Shown here: positions 45,981 to 56,009 of the stretch, piece after piece
Position numbering within the stretch: position 1 is the stretch's first letter
Layout: every line of letters begins with the position of its first letter
Origin: a virus
DNA length: 57,081 nt
Strand: one strand, 5' to 3'
UHGV virus genome: UHGV-1373670
The notes under the pieces: generated by a model
What the model was told of the DNA's origin: nothing
Seen by the model: only the letters and a program-made list of their open reading frames with translations
The model's database searches: none
Translations under genes and position numbers: made by a program

Positions 45981-48125
45981 CTATATAGTGGCTTCGCTCA
46001 CGGGCTTTGATCTCCTGCTGGCGGCCCGTCGCTGCTCTGCTGTCTTTACCTGTATGATCTTGGGTAGTGGCATTTCCTTCGTATTGGAGCTGATGTACAA
46101 GCCTATTGCGCGCGTCATCAGAAGGTCGTCATGCTTACCGAGGATAGCTCCGTATGCTCCATTCTGTTTGCGCTCGTAGGTGATATACTCATTCAGACAA
46201 CGTTCGTCACGCTCGACGTATAGCCCTTCTCGGATGAAGGTGATAAGCACGTCGATGATGATAGGCTTCGTGTGCACGTTCGTATGGAAGCCGTACTTGC
46301 GAGGCACGGAGTCACGTATCTCATCGGCAGACTGCGGGCGTGCATACAGGTTGTCGTACACGTCTTTGATCTGATTGAGGATGAAGTGCGAATGATCTCC
46401 GTCCACTTGGCGGTTGGGGTCTTTGGTCTCGAGGGTGTTACTCTCAATGACCAGGAGGGCCTCGTCGTAGTACTTGGCGATCTGCGCAGACTTCCACGCA
46501 AGTTTATCCATATCGATGTGCCCGTACCACTGAGCCACGACCACGGGCTTACCCCCATCCATCATAAAGAGCCTGTCGAACACACAGATGACGGAGTAGT
46601 CAGCCCCGCGGCTACGGCCACCAATATCCACCACGACAAGGTATCTATTCGTGATGCGCTCACCCGGGTCTATCTCAGGCTTCTCCCAAATAGTGAATAG
46701 TCCTTGGTGGTCTTCAACAAAGCGCACGCCCGTGATAGCATCCTCGCCCGTCGCTCCATTGGCCACGACGTCACCCACGAAGCGCGGAGGCTTACACGTA
46801 GGTCTCAACGCTTCCACTTGGTACATGTCGAATACGCGTTGTCCTGAGTGGACGAAGGCTTCGATGTCGTCGGAGGGGAACTCAGACGCCATATCCCCGT
46901 GGTCGCTCTTGCTCTTTCGCTCCTGGATATACCAGTGTATGGCCTCAAGGGTAGCACCCTGCTCCCATAGCCACCACAGGTATTTACCTGGCTCGGCTCG
47001 GTCGCTCGCAGCATAGTCCGCTCTCCTGTTCTTCCATAGCTCTGTGGCGAAGGCTTCGCGGTCGGGTATGTCAAGGCTGTACTGCTCGATCTCAAACCAC
47101 GCCACGAAGAGGGCTTTGAATTGCGAGTCGCCACGACGGGCCGCATCATACTCTCGTTGGAAGAAGTTCCCCGTACCATTGGCGGTGGACTCATACACGA
47201 TCATGGTGTACGGCTTGTAGAGTACCCCCGAACAAGCGGAGCGGATGATCTGCTCGGGCGTCTTCCCCTCGGTGGTCTTCCATAGCCCCACCTCAGTGCA
47301 GTGCACCAGGTTGTAGTCACCACCACGCGCGCTGTCGGGAGCTTCTGCTGTCCCCAGCTTGATATTGCACGAACGCTGAGGGATGCGTCTTACGTTTCTC
47401 TCCGACCCTATGCCGATTAGCTTTGGCTCATTAGGCTTGAACGATGCCCCTATCGGGTATAGCCGCTCTATGGGGTAGGCATTAATAAGACGCTCGAACA
47501 TGTTGCTCACCTCTGTGGATGCTGCTTTGACGTGCCCGACGATAAGGGAGTTCAGTCCCACCTGGTGCACCAGCTGAAGCCACGCCATATATATCTGTGT
47601 GGCGGTAGACCCACCCCACTGACGCGCCTTCAATAGGATAAGGCGTATAGGAGCACCAGCAAGACGCTGACGCTCGAAAGCCTCGACGAGTTTACGCTGT
47701 GGGTGATTGAGCTTGAAGCGCACGTCAGAGCCACCCCCCTTGCGTTTGATGAACGCCTGGACCGCAGCCCAAAAGAAAAAATCATGCTTCTCTCTCAGTC
47801 GGAGGAACACCTCTACGAGTGCCTTCCTGTTCTCCTCCGTCTCCTCTCCGTACCTCTCCACAAGGAATTTGGATATGCTCCCCGCCTTGGATAGACGCTT
47901 GACGAGTGGTATATCCTTCATCGAGGTAGGCAGGTATTGCACCTCCATAGCACCGAAGTCAGAGAGGCGCAGCTCGAAACGCTCCAGCGGTGACCCTAAT
48001 CCCGTGATAGGATTAAATGGTGCATGGAGGGCTTCGAGCCGTCGCTCATTCTCTTGCAGTATTCGTGCTACTTCTTCGCGCATTGGGTGAGGTATCCAGC
48101 TATGAGGCCCACGATGAAGCCCCAA
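45981..48125 (-). CDS. terminase large subunit
   Basis: N-terminal ATPase with Walker A-like LLKARQWGGSTATQ; C-terminal RNase H-like nuclease region (VVVDIGGRSRGADYSVICVFD). The true start is probably the internal Met at about 48083. Confidence 0.7.
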   Translation of the reverse strand: MGLHRGPHSWIPHPMREEVARILQENERRLEALHAPFNPITGLGSPLERFELRLSDFGAMEVQYLPTSMKDIPLVKRLSKAGSISKFLVERYGEETEENRKALVEVFLRLREKHDFFFWAAVQAFIKRKGGGSDVRFKLNHPQRKLVEAFERQRLAGAPIRLILLKARQWGGSTATQIYMAWLQLVHQVGLNSLIVGHVKAASTEVSNMFERLINAYPIERLYPIGASFKPNEPKLIGIGSERNVRRIPQRSCNIKLGTAEAPDSARGGDYNLVHCTEVGLWKTTEGKTPEQIIRSACSGVLYKPYTMIVYESTANGTGNFFQREYDAARRGDSQFKALFVAWFEIEQYSLDIPDREAFATELWKNRRADYAASDRAEPGKYLWWLWEQGATLEAIHWYIQERKSKSDHGDMASEFPSDDIEAFVHSGQRVFDMYQVEALRPTCKPPRFVGDVVANGATGEDAITGVRFVEDHQGLFTIWEKPEIDPGERITNRYLVVVDIGGRSRGADYSVICVFDRLFMMDGGKPVVVAQWYGHIDMDKLAWKSAQIAKYYDEALLVIESNTLETKDPNRQVDGDHSHFILNQIKDVYDNLYARPQSADEIRDSVPRKYGFHTNVHTKPIIIDVLITFIREGLYVERDERCLNEYITYERKQNGAYGAILGKHDDLLMTRAIGLYISSNTKEMPLPKIIQVKTAEQRRAASRRSKPVSEATI

Positions 48126-48571
48126 AGGTGTACGAATTGATTGATGAGAGGGAATATGCAGCTAACGGCAAAGCCAACGGCAAGCCAGGTAAACCACTCG
48201 CGTTTGCGTGCCACCTGGGGAGTTACCATGCCTATCAGGGCGTAGCATGCACCTGAAAGCCCAGTCGTTGGTAAGGTGAGAATGTGCGCATCGCAGAGCC
48301 CGTGCAATGTGGACACGGGGAATAGCGACGCAATGATATAGGACGCCAGCAGCTGTCGTGCGGTTACGCCCATATAGAACACCAGTGAGAGCAGGCACCA
48401 GCAGTTTACCAGCCAGTGGAAGATGGACGCATGAAAAAGCGAGTAGGTCCAACGCCCCCACCATGGGCCCGCGTTGTATATCCCTACGCTGCCGTGGGGA
48501 ATGGGGAGCAAATAGAGGACGAATGTAAGCAGAGCGATGGCGAGGCTTAGCGTTTTGGTCTTGTCTTGCAT
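48068..48571 (-). CDS. rhomboid-family intramembrane serine protease-like protein
   Basis: About 6 TM helices; GxSG motif (TGLSGACYALIG) in one helix and a His-containing helix (VHLWGFIVGLIAGY) downstream, the rhomboid Ser/His arrangement; HWLVN matches a rhomboid TM2 motif. Confidence 0.55.
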   Translation of the reverse strand: MQDKTKTLSLAIALLTFVLYLLPIPHGSVGIYNAGPWWGRWTYSLFHASIFHWLVNCWCLLSLVFYMGVTARQLLASYIIASLFPVSTLHGLCDAHILTLPTTGLSGACYALIGMVTPQVARKREWFTWLAVGFAVSCIFPLINQFVHLWGFIVGLIAGYLTQCAKK

Positions 48572-48966
48572 AGCTGCTTGGCTTCGTTAATCTTCTCGTA
48601 GGTCTTGCGATCGGATAGGTAGAGCTTGGGGGCTGGTGAGTTAACCACCCGCGTTACAGCATCTTCGAGAGATAGCCCCAAAGGGCTATTGAGAAGTAGC
48701 ATTACACGCTTGTATATCTCCTCGTACATTTCCTGCGTCGATGGCGTTTTGATAGGGCATTCACCACCTAAGCGTATCATCTTCTGAATGACACGCACCG
48801 CCCTATCCTCTGATACGAAGAAGCGTGAGTACTCGCTGTTCTTCACATGCTGTACGACGTTCTTCATGTTTATGTAAAAGCACATCGAAGTAGCCTCTCG
48901 GTACTTCGTCAGTATCTCACAAAGCACTCGGTGCTTATACTCGTAGCACGATCTTTTGCCTGGCAT
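48547..48966 (-). CDS. hypothetical protein, first gene of the packaging operon (candidate small terminase subunit by position only)
   Basis: 139 aa, basic, directly upstream of the rhomboid and TerL genes. Confidence 0.25.
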   Translation of the reverse strand: MPGKRSCYEYKHRVLCEILTKYREATSMCFYINMKNVVQHVKNSEYSRFFVSEDRAVRVIQKMIRLGGECPIKTPSTQEMYEEIYKRVMLLLNSPLGLSLEDAVTRVVNSPAPKLYLSDRKTYEKINEAKQLCKTRPKR

Positions 48967-49097
48967 AGCTCGCTCCTTTATTTTGGTATGCCTTAAAGAT
49001 ACGCATTAGGGGGTTCAATTCCAATATATAATACGCAATATGTCACAGCATTAGGGCGGGTGCTTTATAGATTTGCTTCATCTATAAAATTAGGCTT

Positions 49098-49907
49098 ATG
49101 GAAATAGATGAACAGAAGGACCTTGCACCCGCAGATCCCCCTGCTGCTGAGGTGAGTAAGCGCGACCGACTCAAGGCGCGCTTGAAGGACAAATATCCCG
49201 ACGACGATATGGACGACGATGAAGTCCTCGCTGGTCGTATCAACGACGACTACGACGACTACGAAGGCCAGTTAGAAGGGTACAAGGGGAGAGAGAAGGA
49301 GATCGCAGGCCTCTTTGGCCGTGACCCCCGCAGTGCGAGCTTCATCTCGCGTTGGGCTGGTGGCGAAGATCCCGCAGTCCTTCTTGTCGAAACGTTCGGA
49401 ACGGAGATTACCGACGCTATCGGAGACCCTGAGAAGCAGGAGCAGATCGCGGAGGCTAATCAGAAGTTCCTCGACCGCATCGCTAACTCCGAGAAGCTCG
49501 AGAAGGAGTACGAGGAAAACCTGGGTGAGTCTCTCAACGTGATTGGCAAGCTCCAGGAAGAAGGCGTACCCGACGAGGATATTGACAAGGCTATGGAGCT
49601 GCTCCAAAACATTGTCACTGACGGGGTGCGCGGGAAGTTCACACGCGAGACCATCGAAATGGCACTCAAGGCTATTGGCTACGACAACGCAGTGGCAGAG
49701 GCCGAGGAGACGGGACGCGTGGCAGGGCGCAATGAGAAGATCGACGTGAAGCTCCGTAAGCCCGAAGAAGGCGACGGCACGGCCAACCTCTCGGGAGGTG
49801 GCTCAACCCCTGAAAGACCTACACCCGACCTGGGTGCTCTTGGAGTAGCATCAACGCGAAAGAGCATTTGGGACAAGGGCAAGATGAAGCGAATTAAGCG
49901 AGAGTAA
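49098..49907 (+). CDS. scaffolding-like protein (acidic, helical)
   Basis: Highly charged (DDDMDDDE..., EEGVPDEDIDKAMELL), precedes the capsid candidate. Confidence 0.4.
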   Translation: MEIDEQKDLAPADPPAAEVSKRDRLKARLKDKYPDDDMDDDEVLAGRINDDYDDYEGQLEGYKGREKEIAGLFGRDPRSASFISRWAGGEDPAVLLVETFGTEITDAIGDPEKQEQIAEANQKFLDRIANSEKLEKEYEENLGESLNVIGKLQEEGVPDEDIDKAMELLQNIVTDGVRGKFTRETIEMALKAIGYDNAVAEAEETGRVAGRNEKIDVKLRKPEEGDGTANLSGGGSTPERPTPDLGALGVASTRKSIWDKGKMKRIKRE

Positions 49908-49932
49908 TATCAACCAACTAACCAAAATCAAA

Positions 49933-51357
49933 ATGAATAAGAAGCAAGTAGCAACTAACATCTCAAACCTGGGTCTGCTCCTCTTGGCGGGCATCTTCGG
50001 GGGTGGTGCTATGGCTGTCGTCGGTCCTCTTCCTGATGCAGGTAAGACTGATAGCGGTGCAGCCGTAGGCCAGGGTGGCAAGGAAATGGGCAACGAAGGT
50101 ATCGCCAACCGCACCACGGGTGAGGCTGAGGGTGATCCCGACTACTATTCCAAGGCCATTGACGATCGCATCACGAAGATCCGTCCAATGTCCACCCCTA
50201 TCGATCAGATCAGCCGACACTCGGAAGCTCGCAAGATCGACAGCATGTCGGTAAAGTACCCATCAGTAGGTACTCGTCCTATCTCGACGACCACAGCCAA
50301 GCTGATGGCAGCACAGCAGGCCACCGACGCCAGCGTCAAGCTGGAAGTCGCTGACGGGAGCATGTTCACGCTCGACGATACGATCCGCGTCGTCGGAGTC
50401 AAGGGTCAGTTCGACGAAAAGGGTAACGCTTACCCCGTAGGTACTGCTCCCGACCTCGTCCTCCACGTCTGCGGTCGTGACCCCAGCACCAACCTACCCG
50501 TCGTATATGCTGTCAATGGCGCGAAGAACGCGAAGGGTCAGCCTATCCTCGTACCACAGATCGCGCAGAATACGCGCCTCGTCCGTATGGGTAAGGCTTG
50601 TGCTGAGCTTGACGCACAGACGGGTCGCTTCAACAACGTCCCCACCTTCGAGGAGCAGTACTGCCAAAACTTCATGATCCAAATCGAGCAGTCCACGATC
50701 GACAAGATGTCTGCAAAGAACGTCAAGTGGGACTTCTCGGACCTTGAAGAAGATGGCATCTACGATATGCGCCTTGCACAGGAGAACACCTACCTCTTCG
50801 GGGTAAAGAATAAGATCGTCCACCCCTCTAAGGATGGCTCTGCCACGTGGTTCACGGGGGGTATTTGGTATCAGGCTGGTAAGGACATCGAGGTCGGTAC
50901 GTACGTCGCCGCGTCAAAGCGCACCGACATCACCGATGAGCAGCTGGTAGATATCTCCAAGGACCTCTTCGTAGGTACGGGTGTCGGTAACAAGCGCAAG
51001 GTCCTCCTCTGCGGTAGCGAAATGCTCGCAGCGTTCTCGAAGATCAAGAGCGACAAGTTCCGCCTGAAGGAGTCGGTAGAGTCGTGGGATCTCCAGTTCA
51101 AGTCTTGGATCACCGACTTCGGTGAGATCATGGTCATGCATCATGAGCTCTTCGACCTGAACGGCATGAGCGACTGCGGTCTCGCTCTTGATCCCGAGTT
51201 CCTCGTCAAGAGTACCTTCCTCTCATGGCAGCGTAATATCCTCGACATGAAGGCAGCAGGTATCCGCAATACCGACGCAGCCGTCATCCAGGAGATCGCC
51301 TGCCTCTATCTCCGCTATCCAAAGGCTCACGCTCGCCTCAAACTGAAGAAGGCGTAA
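49933..51357 (+). CDS. major capsid protein (candidate)
   Basis: 474 aa, follows the scaffold-like gene, followed by a strong terminator. Assigned by position; the unusual hydrophobic N-terminus is noted. Confidence 0.45.
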   Translation: MNKKQVATNISNLGLLLLAGIFGGGAMAVVGPLPDAGKTDSGAAVGQGGKEMGNEGIANRTTGEAEGDPDYYSKAIDDRITKIRPMSTPIDQISRHSEARKIDSMSVKYPSVGTRPISTTTAKLMAAQQATDASVKLEVADGSMFTLDDTIRVVGVKGQFDEKGNAYPVGTAPDLVLHVCGRDPSTNLPVVYAVNGAKNAKGQPILVPQIAQNTRLVRMGKACAELDAQTGRFNNVPTFEEQYCQNFMIQIEQSTIDKMSAKNVKWDFSDLEEDGIYDMRLAQENTYLFGVKNKIVHPSKDGSATWFTGGIWYQAGKDIEVGTYVAASKRTDITDEQLVDISKDLFVGTGVGNKRKVLLCGSEMLAAFSKIKSDKFRLKESVESWDLQFKSWITDFGEIMVMHHELFDLNGMSDCGLALDPEFLVKSTFLSWQRNILDMKAAGIRNTDAAVIQEIACLYLRYPKAHARLKLKKA

Positions 51358-51395
51358 GCCTTAGAGTGTCCGTTGTCTTTTGTGATGTGTCTGTA

Positions 51396-51443
51396 AAGGA
51401 CGGGGGCAGGGGCCCTTGGGTGTCTGCCCCCTCCTTTATTATT
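51396..51443 (+). terminator. intrinsic terminator after the capsid gene
   Basis: ggacgggggcag / ctgccccctcc stem followed by tttattatt. Confidence 0.7.
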
Positions 51444-51448
51444 AACGA

Positions 51449-51919
51449 ATGAAGAAACGAATGAACAAGAGATATATCTCAGGCACTTGCCTTAGCCTTA
51501 GCCTCGGCTCAGACGCTGTGTCCTATCGTCACATTGCCTTTGAGCCTCAAATGGAGCGTGGCAGTGCGTATGTAACCAGCGACGAAGATGAACAGAAAGA
51601 GCTGGAGGCTCACCCCTACTTCGGCACATACTTCGAGGAAGATCCCTACTACACGGATAACTCGGAGGCGGTAGAGGAGGAAGCCAAGGTCGAAGAAGAT
51701 CATGACGAGAAGAGCGAGGGCGTGGTCCTCTCCTTCTCCAACGAGTCTGACGCTAAGGAAGCCCTCGCCACCGACTATGGTGTAGCCCGCTCTAATATGA
51801 GGTCACGTAAGTCCATCGAAAAAGCGGCTGAGTCCGTAGGTGTAAAAATCAACTGGACGGACGTCTCACCCTCTGCCACTGACGACGCTGAAGGCTCAGA
51901 CGCTACCGACAAGGAGTAA
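51449..51919 (+). CDS. acidic hypothetical protein (possible head decoration or accessory protein)
   Basis: D/E-rich, 156 aa; the true start may be an internal Met. Confidence 0.35.
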   Translation: MKKRMNKRYISGTCLSLSLGSDAVSYRHIAFEPQMERGSAYVTSDEDEQKELEAHPYFGTYFEEDPYYTDNSEAVEEEAKVEEDHDEKSEGVVLSFSNESDAKEALATDYGVARSNMRSRKSIEKAAESVGVKINWTDVSPSATDDAEGSDATDKE

Positions 51920-51925
51920 TCCTCC

Positions 51926-52570
51926 ATGGAGTACGCTATCGAAGAATTGAAGCGGTCGGTAAGGGTGGCACTGGACGAAAATAACACCAGTGCCACCCTT
52001 ACCTCTCTTGGTGACGTCGATACGCTCAGTGTCGAGGAGATCATCGAGAGTAAGCTGGAGGATGCTGCGCTCATCGTCCACCGCGATGCGCCACGCCACC
52101 TGCTGGACGTGGGGCTGCCCTTCTCGGGGACTATCCGCTGGGAGAGTGCCGTCGGCTATGGCCGTGGCGTAATGACGCTCCCTGCCGACTTCCTGCGTCT
52201 TGTCACCTTCCGTATGAGCGACTGGAGAAAGGACGTCACAGAGCCTATCTACGAAGATGACCCACGCTATGCATTACAGCTTAGTGCCTTCTCGGGTGTT
52301 CGTGGTTGTCCTGAGAAACCCGTGGTGGCTCTTATCCAAGCTCCCGAGGGTCTGACGCTGGAGCTATACAGCTGCGAGGCTGGGGAGTCTATCCAGGTGG
52401 AGAAGGCTCGCTACCTACCTCGCCCTAAGATCCGAGAAGGCAAGCTCACGATCTGTGAGCGTCTGCGCGAGGCCGTGGTCTACTATGCAGGGGCACTCAC
52501 CGCGCTCACGCTGGGCAATGGAGAGCAGGCCAAGGCCCTAATGGAAACCAGTAAGACACTAATGGAATAA
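51926..52570 (+). CDS. hypothetical structural protein (possible head-tail adaptor)
   Basis: 214 aa between the capsid and fibre genes; the stop overlaps the next start (TAATG). Confidence 0.35.
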   Translation: MEYAIEELKRSVRVALDENNTSATLTSLGDVDTLSVEEIIESKLEDAALIVHRDAPRHLLDVGLPFSGTIRWESAVGYGRGVMTLPADFLRLVTFRMSDWRKDVTEPIYEDDPRYALQLSAFSGVRGCPEKPVVALIQAPEGLTLELYSCEAGESIQVEKARYLPRPKIREGKLTICERLREAVVYYAGALTALTLGNGEQAKALMETSKTLME

Positions 52571-55392
52571 TGAAAGCAAGGCTTGTGAACTTAGGCGTAT
52601 TCGCTACGCTGCTTGATGTGTATTCGCGCTTCCCTCAGGGAGGTGTGGAAGGCGACTATGTGATTGTCGACGGCAAGGAGCTCTTGTGGGATAAGCACCG
52701 CCTCCGATGGGGCGACGCACCACGCAACGACGTAACGGAGCTGCGCCCTGATCCAAGCCCTTACCCAGGTATTCCAGGTGGCGGAGTGGGCTCTGCTGAG
52801 CTGGCGAGCCTTCGCACCGAGGTAGAGAAGCTGCGTGATCGTGTGGGTGAGCCTAATGGTATTGCTCCGCTCGACTCCGAGGGACTGCTCCCTACTAAGC
52901 ACCTGCCACCCGAGGCGAATATCGAGCACAGAATACGCACTGAGCTCAACGACAGCATTAGTCCACTTACGGCACGTGTTCTGCGTCTGCTCCAGGGTGA
53001 CCCCTCTTTGCAGTGGCTCTTTGTGGAGTCGGCTACGAGCGCACGACGTGTGGAGCATGTGGTCCGCTACTCGAATACATATAAGAAGCTATCCGTACCA
53101 GCTGGCGTCATTCGCCACCTCACCATGGGGATCGAAGGGGTACGCCCCGACCGACCACTCTCCGACTACAAGACGTGGGACATACCAGGTATCGAGGTGG
53201 ATGTAGATGATGCAGTACGCAACCTCTATGTGTATGCACGATGCAGCAAGACCGACAACACGGGGACATTCGTCACCAGCGAGGGCTTCAAGCCTATGGA
53301 AGGCGAGGAAGGCTACTACCACCTGCTTGTCGGTATGCTGAGCTCACTACCCAACAGAGTGTTCACACCTCTGTACGGGCTTGTGGAGATACCAGCGGCA
53401 GCTATCCGCATAGACAAGCTCATCTCGCCTGACGGGGAGTTCGTCATCGACTTAGTACGTAAGGAGATCCGAGGGTATAAGGTATCCTTCACGGGGGGAG
53501 GTGCAAGCGGTGGTCCTGATGCCGACACCATACTCGAGGGCATCTTAGGGCAAGCTCGAAGCTACACCGACGACAAGACCAACGGGCTCAAGGGCTACGT
53601 CGATACCAAGTCGGCAGGTGCTCGAAGCTACACTGACAGCAAATTCACGGAGGCGGGACGCTCCTTAGAGGATAAGGCTAATTCGGTAATCTCCAACCTC
53701 CAAGGCTATGCAGATGGCAAGGCGCGGGAAGGGAGAGAGTACACAGAGGCGCAGGTGCAGGCGTTGCGAGGTGAGCTCACGACAGGGCTCTCGGGAGTAA
53801 CCGAAATGAATGCGAAGATCGAGCGCATGCAGGAGCAGCTCGACGGGAAGGTATCTAATTGGTACTTCAATGGTGCGCCCTCCGCCACTACCCCACCGAC
53901 GTCGCAGTGGACGACGGAGAAGGACAAGAAGTCCCACATCGGGGACACCTTCACCTCGCTGGATAAGTCCCCAAGCCCCAACGCAGGGAAGAGCTGGAGA
54001 TACACACCTTCCTACACATGGGAGGAGATCGTAGACAGCGACAGCCTGAAAGCGTTGCAGCTTGCTAAGGAGGCCAAGGCCGCAGCCGACGGCAAGACGA
54101 CCACACACCTAAAGAAGCCCACATCCTACCAGGTGGGTGACAGCTGGGTGATGACCGAAGCCAACTCTATCGGAGGCGTGAACTACCCACGAGGGACTAC
54201 ACTCTTCGCTAAGGAGGCCTCTACAACATTCAACGCACTACACTGGGTGCGCCTGGACGACTACATATCATCGGTAGAAGCCAAGGGCTATGCCGACGGG
54301 AAGGCAGGCGAGGCACTGAATGGAGCAAAGCAATACGCTGACGCTGGCGACAAGACGACCTCCAAGCGTATCGACAGCCAGGCAGCGGCTACCCTTGTGG
54401 GGGCAAAGAACTACACCGACAGCAAGCACAACGAGGGGAAGGCATATACCGACGGGAAGGCGGGACAAGCCAAGAGCGAGGCGGTAGCCGAAGCCGAGAA
54501 GAAGGACGGAGAGGTACGTAAGTATGCCGACGATGCAGCTACGAAGGCCACGGATAAGGCCAAGAGCTACACCGACGGGAAGCTCAAGGCTATCGAGGAC
54601 AATGCACGACTGCTCGACTACCTACGAACGTCTATCACCGACGGGACGACCGACATCTATGGCGGGCTTGTCCTTACCAACTTTATTGCGGCACGTGATC
54701 CGAGGACAAGGCAGGTGCGCAGCTTCTTCGCTGGATCTGCTAACACCTCTCTCCCTGCCTTTGCAGCTGGTGTGACGGGCTTCGGGACTACAGGCGAGAA
54801 GCGTGTGGTTGAGATCAACCACGACGGCACGGGGCACTGGGGTCAGATGGAGGTTATGGAAGGCGGCAAGGTCTTACGTATTGCCTCAATGCTATTTGGT
54901 GGCAAGCTCCCTGATACCTATACCCACGACTTCCGAACGCTCGAGTTCAGCGACACACGTAACGAACGTTGCCGCGTCTACATCGGAGACGAAGGGGCTC
55001 TCTTCTTCATGGGCATGTGGGGTGCAAGCCCTCGCTTCGTGCGTATCTCGAACAAGCTAAACAAGCCCATTGTGCAGATCCGTGGCGACGTCGATATATC
55101 GGGGGCACTCCTCGGTGGGCGTGTGAGAGCAAACAGCGTGAGCTTCATTCATAAATGGGGGGCAAGGGCGGATCGCATGAGCATCAGCCGAACGGGCACA
55201 GGTACATACACCGTTACACACGATCTCGGGCATACGAGGTATTCGGTGATATGTATGGACAATGGCAACGGACGACACAACGCAAAGGCGGGAAACATCA
55301 CGGCTAACTCGTTCGAGATCTATACTAAGTACGACAACACGCTGTACAGCGACATCGACTTCACGTTCCTCGTATTCGGAGACAACTACTAA
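52570..55392 (+). CDS. tail fibre / tail spike protein with tandem Y-x-D-x-K repeats
   Basis: 940 aa; more than 10 copies of about 11-aa units (KGYADGKAGEA / KSYTDGKLKA / KNYTDSKHNEG). Confidence 0.55.
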   Translation: MKARLVNLGVFATLLDVYSRFPQGGVEGDYVIVDGKELLWDKHRLRWGDAPRNDVTELRPDPSPYPGIPGGGVGSAELASLRTEVEKLRDRVGEPNGIAPLDSEGLLPTKHLPPEANIEHRIRTELNDSISPLTARVLRLLQGDPSLQWLFVESATSARRVEHVVRYSNTYKKLSVPAGVIRHLTMGIEGVRPDRPLSDYKTWDIPGIEVDVDDAVRNLYVYARCSKTDNTGTFVTSEGFKPMEGEEGYYHLLVGMLSSLPNRVFTPLYGLVEIPAAAIRIDKLISPDGEFVIDLVRKEIRGYKVSFTGGGASGGPDADTILEGILGQARSYTDDKTNGLKGYVDTKSAGARSYTDSKFTEAGRSLEDKANSVISNLQGYADGKAREGREYTEAQVQALRGELTTGLSGVTEMNAKIERMQEQLDGKVSNWYFNGAPSATTPPTSQWTTEKDKKSHIGDTFTSLDKSPSPNAGKSWRYTPSYTWEEIVDSDSLKALQLAKEAKAAADGKTTTHLKKPTSYQVGDSWVMTEANSIGGVNYPRGTTLFAKEASTTFNALHWVRLDDYISSVEAKGYADGKAGEALNGAKQYADAGDKTTSKRIDSQAAATLVGAKNYTDSKHNEGKAYTDGKAGQAKSEAVAEAEKKDGEVRKYADDAATKATDKAKSYTDGKLKAIEDNARLLDYLRTSITDGTTDIYGGLVLTNFIAARDPRTRQVRSFFAGSANTSLPAFAAGVTGFGTTGEKRVVEINHDGTGHWGQMEVMEGGKVLRIASMLFGGKLPDTYTHDFRTLEFSDTRNERCRVYIGDEGALFFMGMWGASPRFVRISNKLNKPIVQIRGDVDISGALLGGRVRANSVSFIHKWGARADRMSISRTGTGTYTVTHDLGHTRYSVICMDNGNGRHNAKAGNITANSFEIYTKYDNTLYSDIDFTFLVFGDNY

Positions 55393-55426
55393 CCAGTACC
55401 AACCTAACCAACCAAAAACAAAGACT

Positions 55427-55996
55427 ATGAGTATTATCGACTTCTTCGACCCTGACGCCTTCTCCAAGACGGAGATAACGCACGCAGCGGTCATCGGGAT
55501 CTTCTGCTATGCGAGCGTGACTATCGCACGCTTTCTTGACCTTGCGTCCGCGCTTATGCGAGATAAACGCTTTGATGAAAAGCAGGCTCGCATCATCGTA
55601 AGTGAGGGAAAGCTGGAGGGAGACCCAAAGAAGCTCGCAAAGAAGTTCGGTAACGGAGCGTCAAGCAAGGGATTCGCTTCATTCGTCATCAGACTTGTGC
55701 TGTACTACTTCTGCGTGGCTCTTGCAGGCATTGCCGATGGGCTTCTGCTTATGTCTGATGCGTGGTCATACGCTCACATGCATGAGCTCCCATACGTATC
55801 AATGTTGGTGACGCTACTTATCGTACATACTGAGTTCACGAGTATTTGGGAGAACAGCCCCAAAAACGTCACGCAGAGCATGGAGAAGAGTATGCGACGC
55901 TTCGTGAAGGGAGCTAATGCGATACGCAACAAGGACGTCGAAGAGATCCGAGAGATCTTTGTCGAGAGAGTAAAGAGAGAAGAAGGAGAAGAGTAA
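55427..55996 (+). CDS. holin-like membrane protein
   Basis: Three hydrophobic helices, charged C-terminus, immediately upstream of the endolysin gene. Start chosen at the internal Met 55427 (MSIIDFFDP) of listed ORF 55262..55996. Confidence 0.5.
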   Translation: MSIIDFFDPDAFSKTEITHAAVIGIFCYASVTIARFLDLASALMRDKRFDEKQARIIVSEGKLEGDPKKLAKKFGNGASSKGFASFVIRLVLYYFCVALAGIADGLLLMSDAWSYAHMHELPYVSMLVTLLIVHTEFTSIWENSPKNVTQSMEKSMRRFVKGANAIRNKDVEEIREIFVERVKREEGEE

Positions 55997-56009
55997 TACC
56001 TATACGACT

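Noticed and set aside
49933-50030. Signal-peptide-like hydrophobic N-terminus of the capsid candidate, suggesting it is a secreted or membrane protein rather than the capsid
   Set aside because: Position after the scaffold, the size and the strong terminator favour a capsid protein. The hydrophobic segment may be an assembly or delta-domain-like region. Kept as capsid candidate with moderate confidence.
55262-55426. N-terminal extension of the holin ORF (MATDDTTQRRETSRLTRSRS...)
   Set aside because: The serine/threonine/arginine-rich extension overlaps the end of the 940-aa fibre gene in another frame. The Met at 55427 follows the fibre stop and begins the hydrophobic protein.
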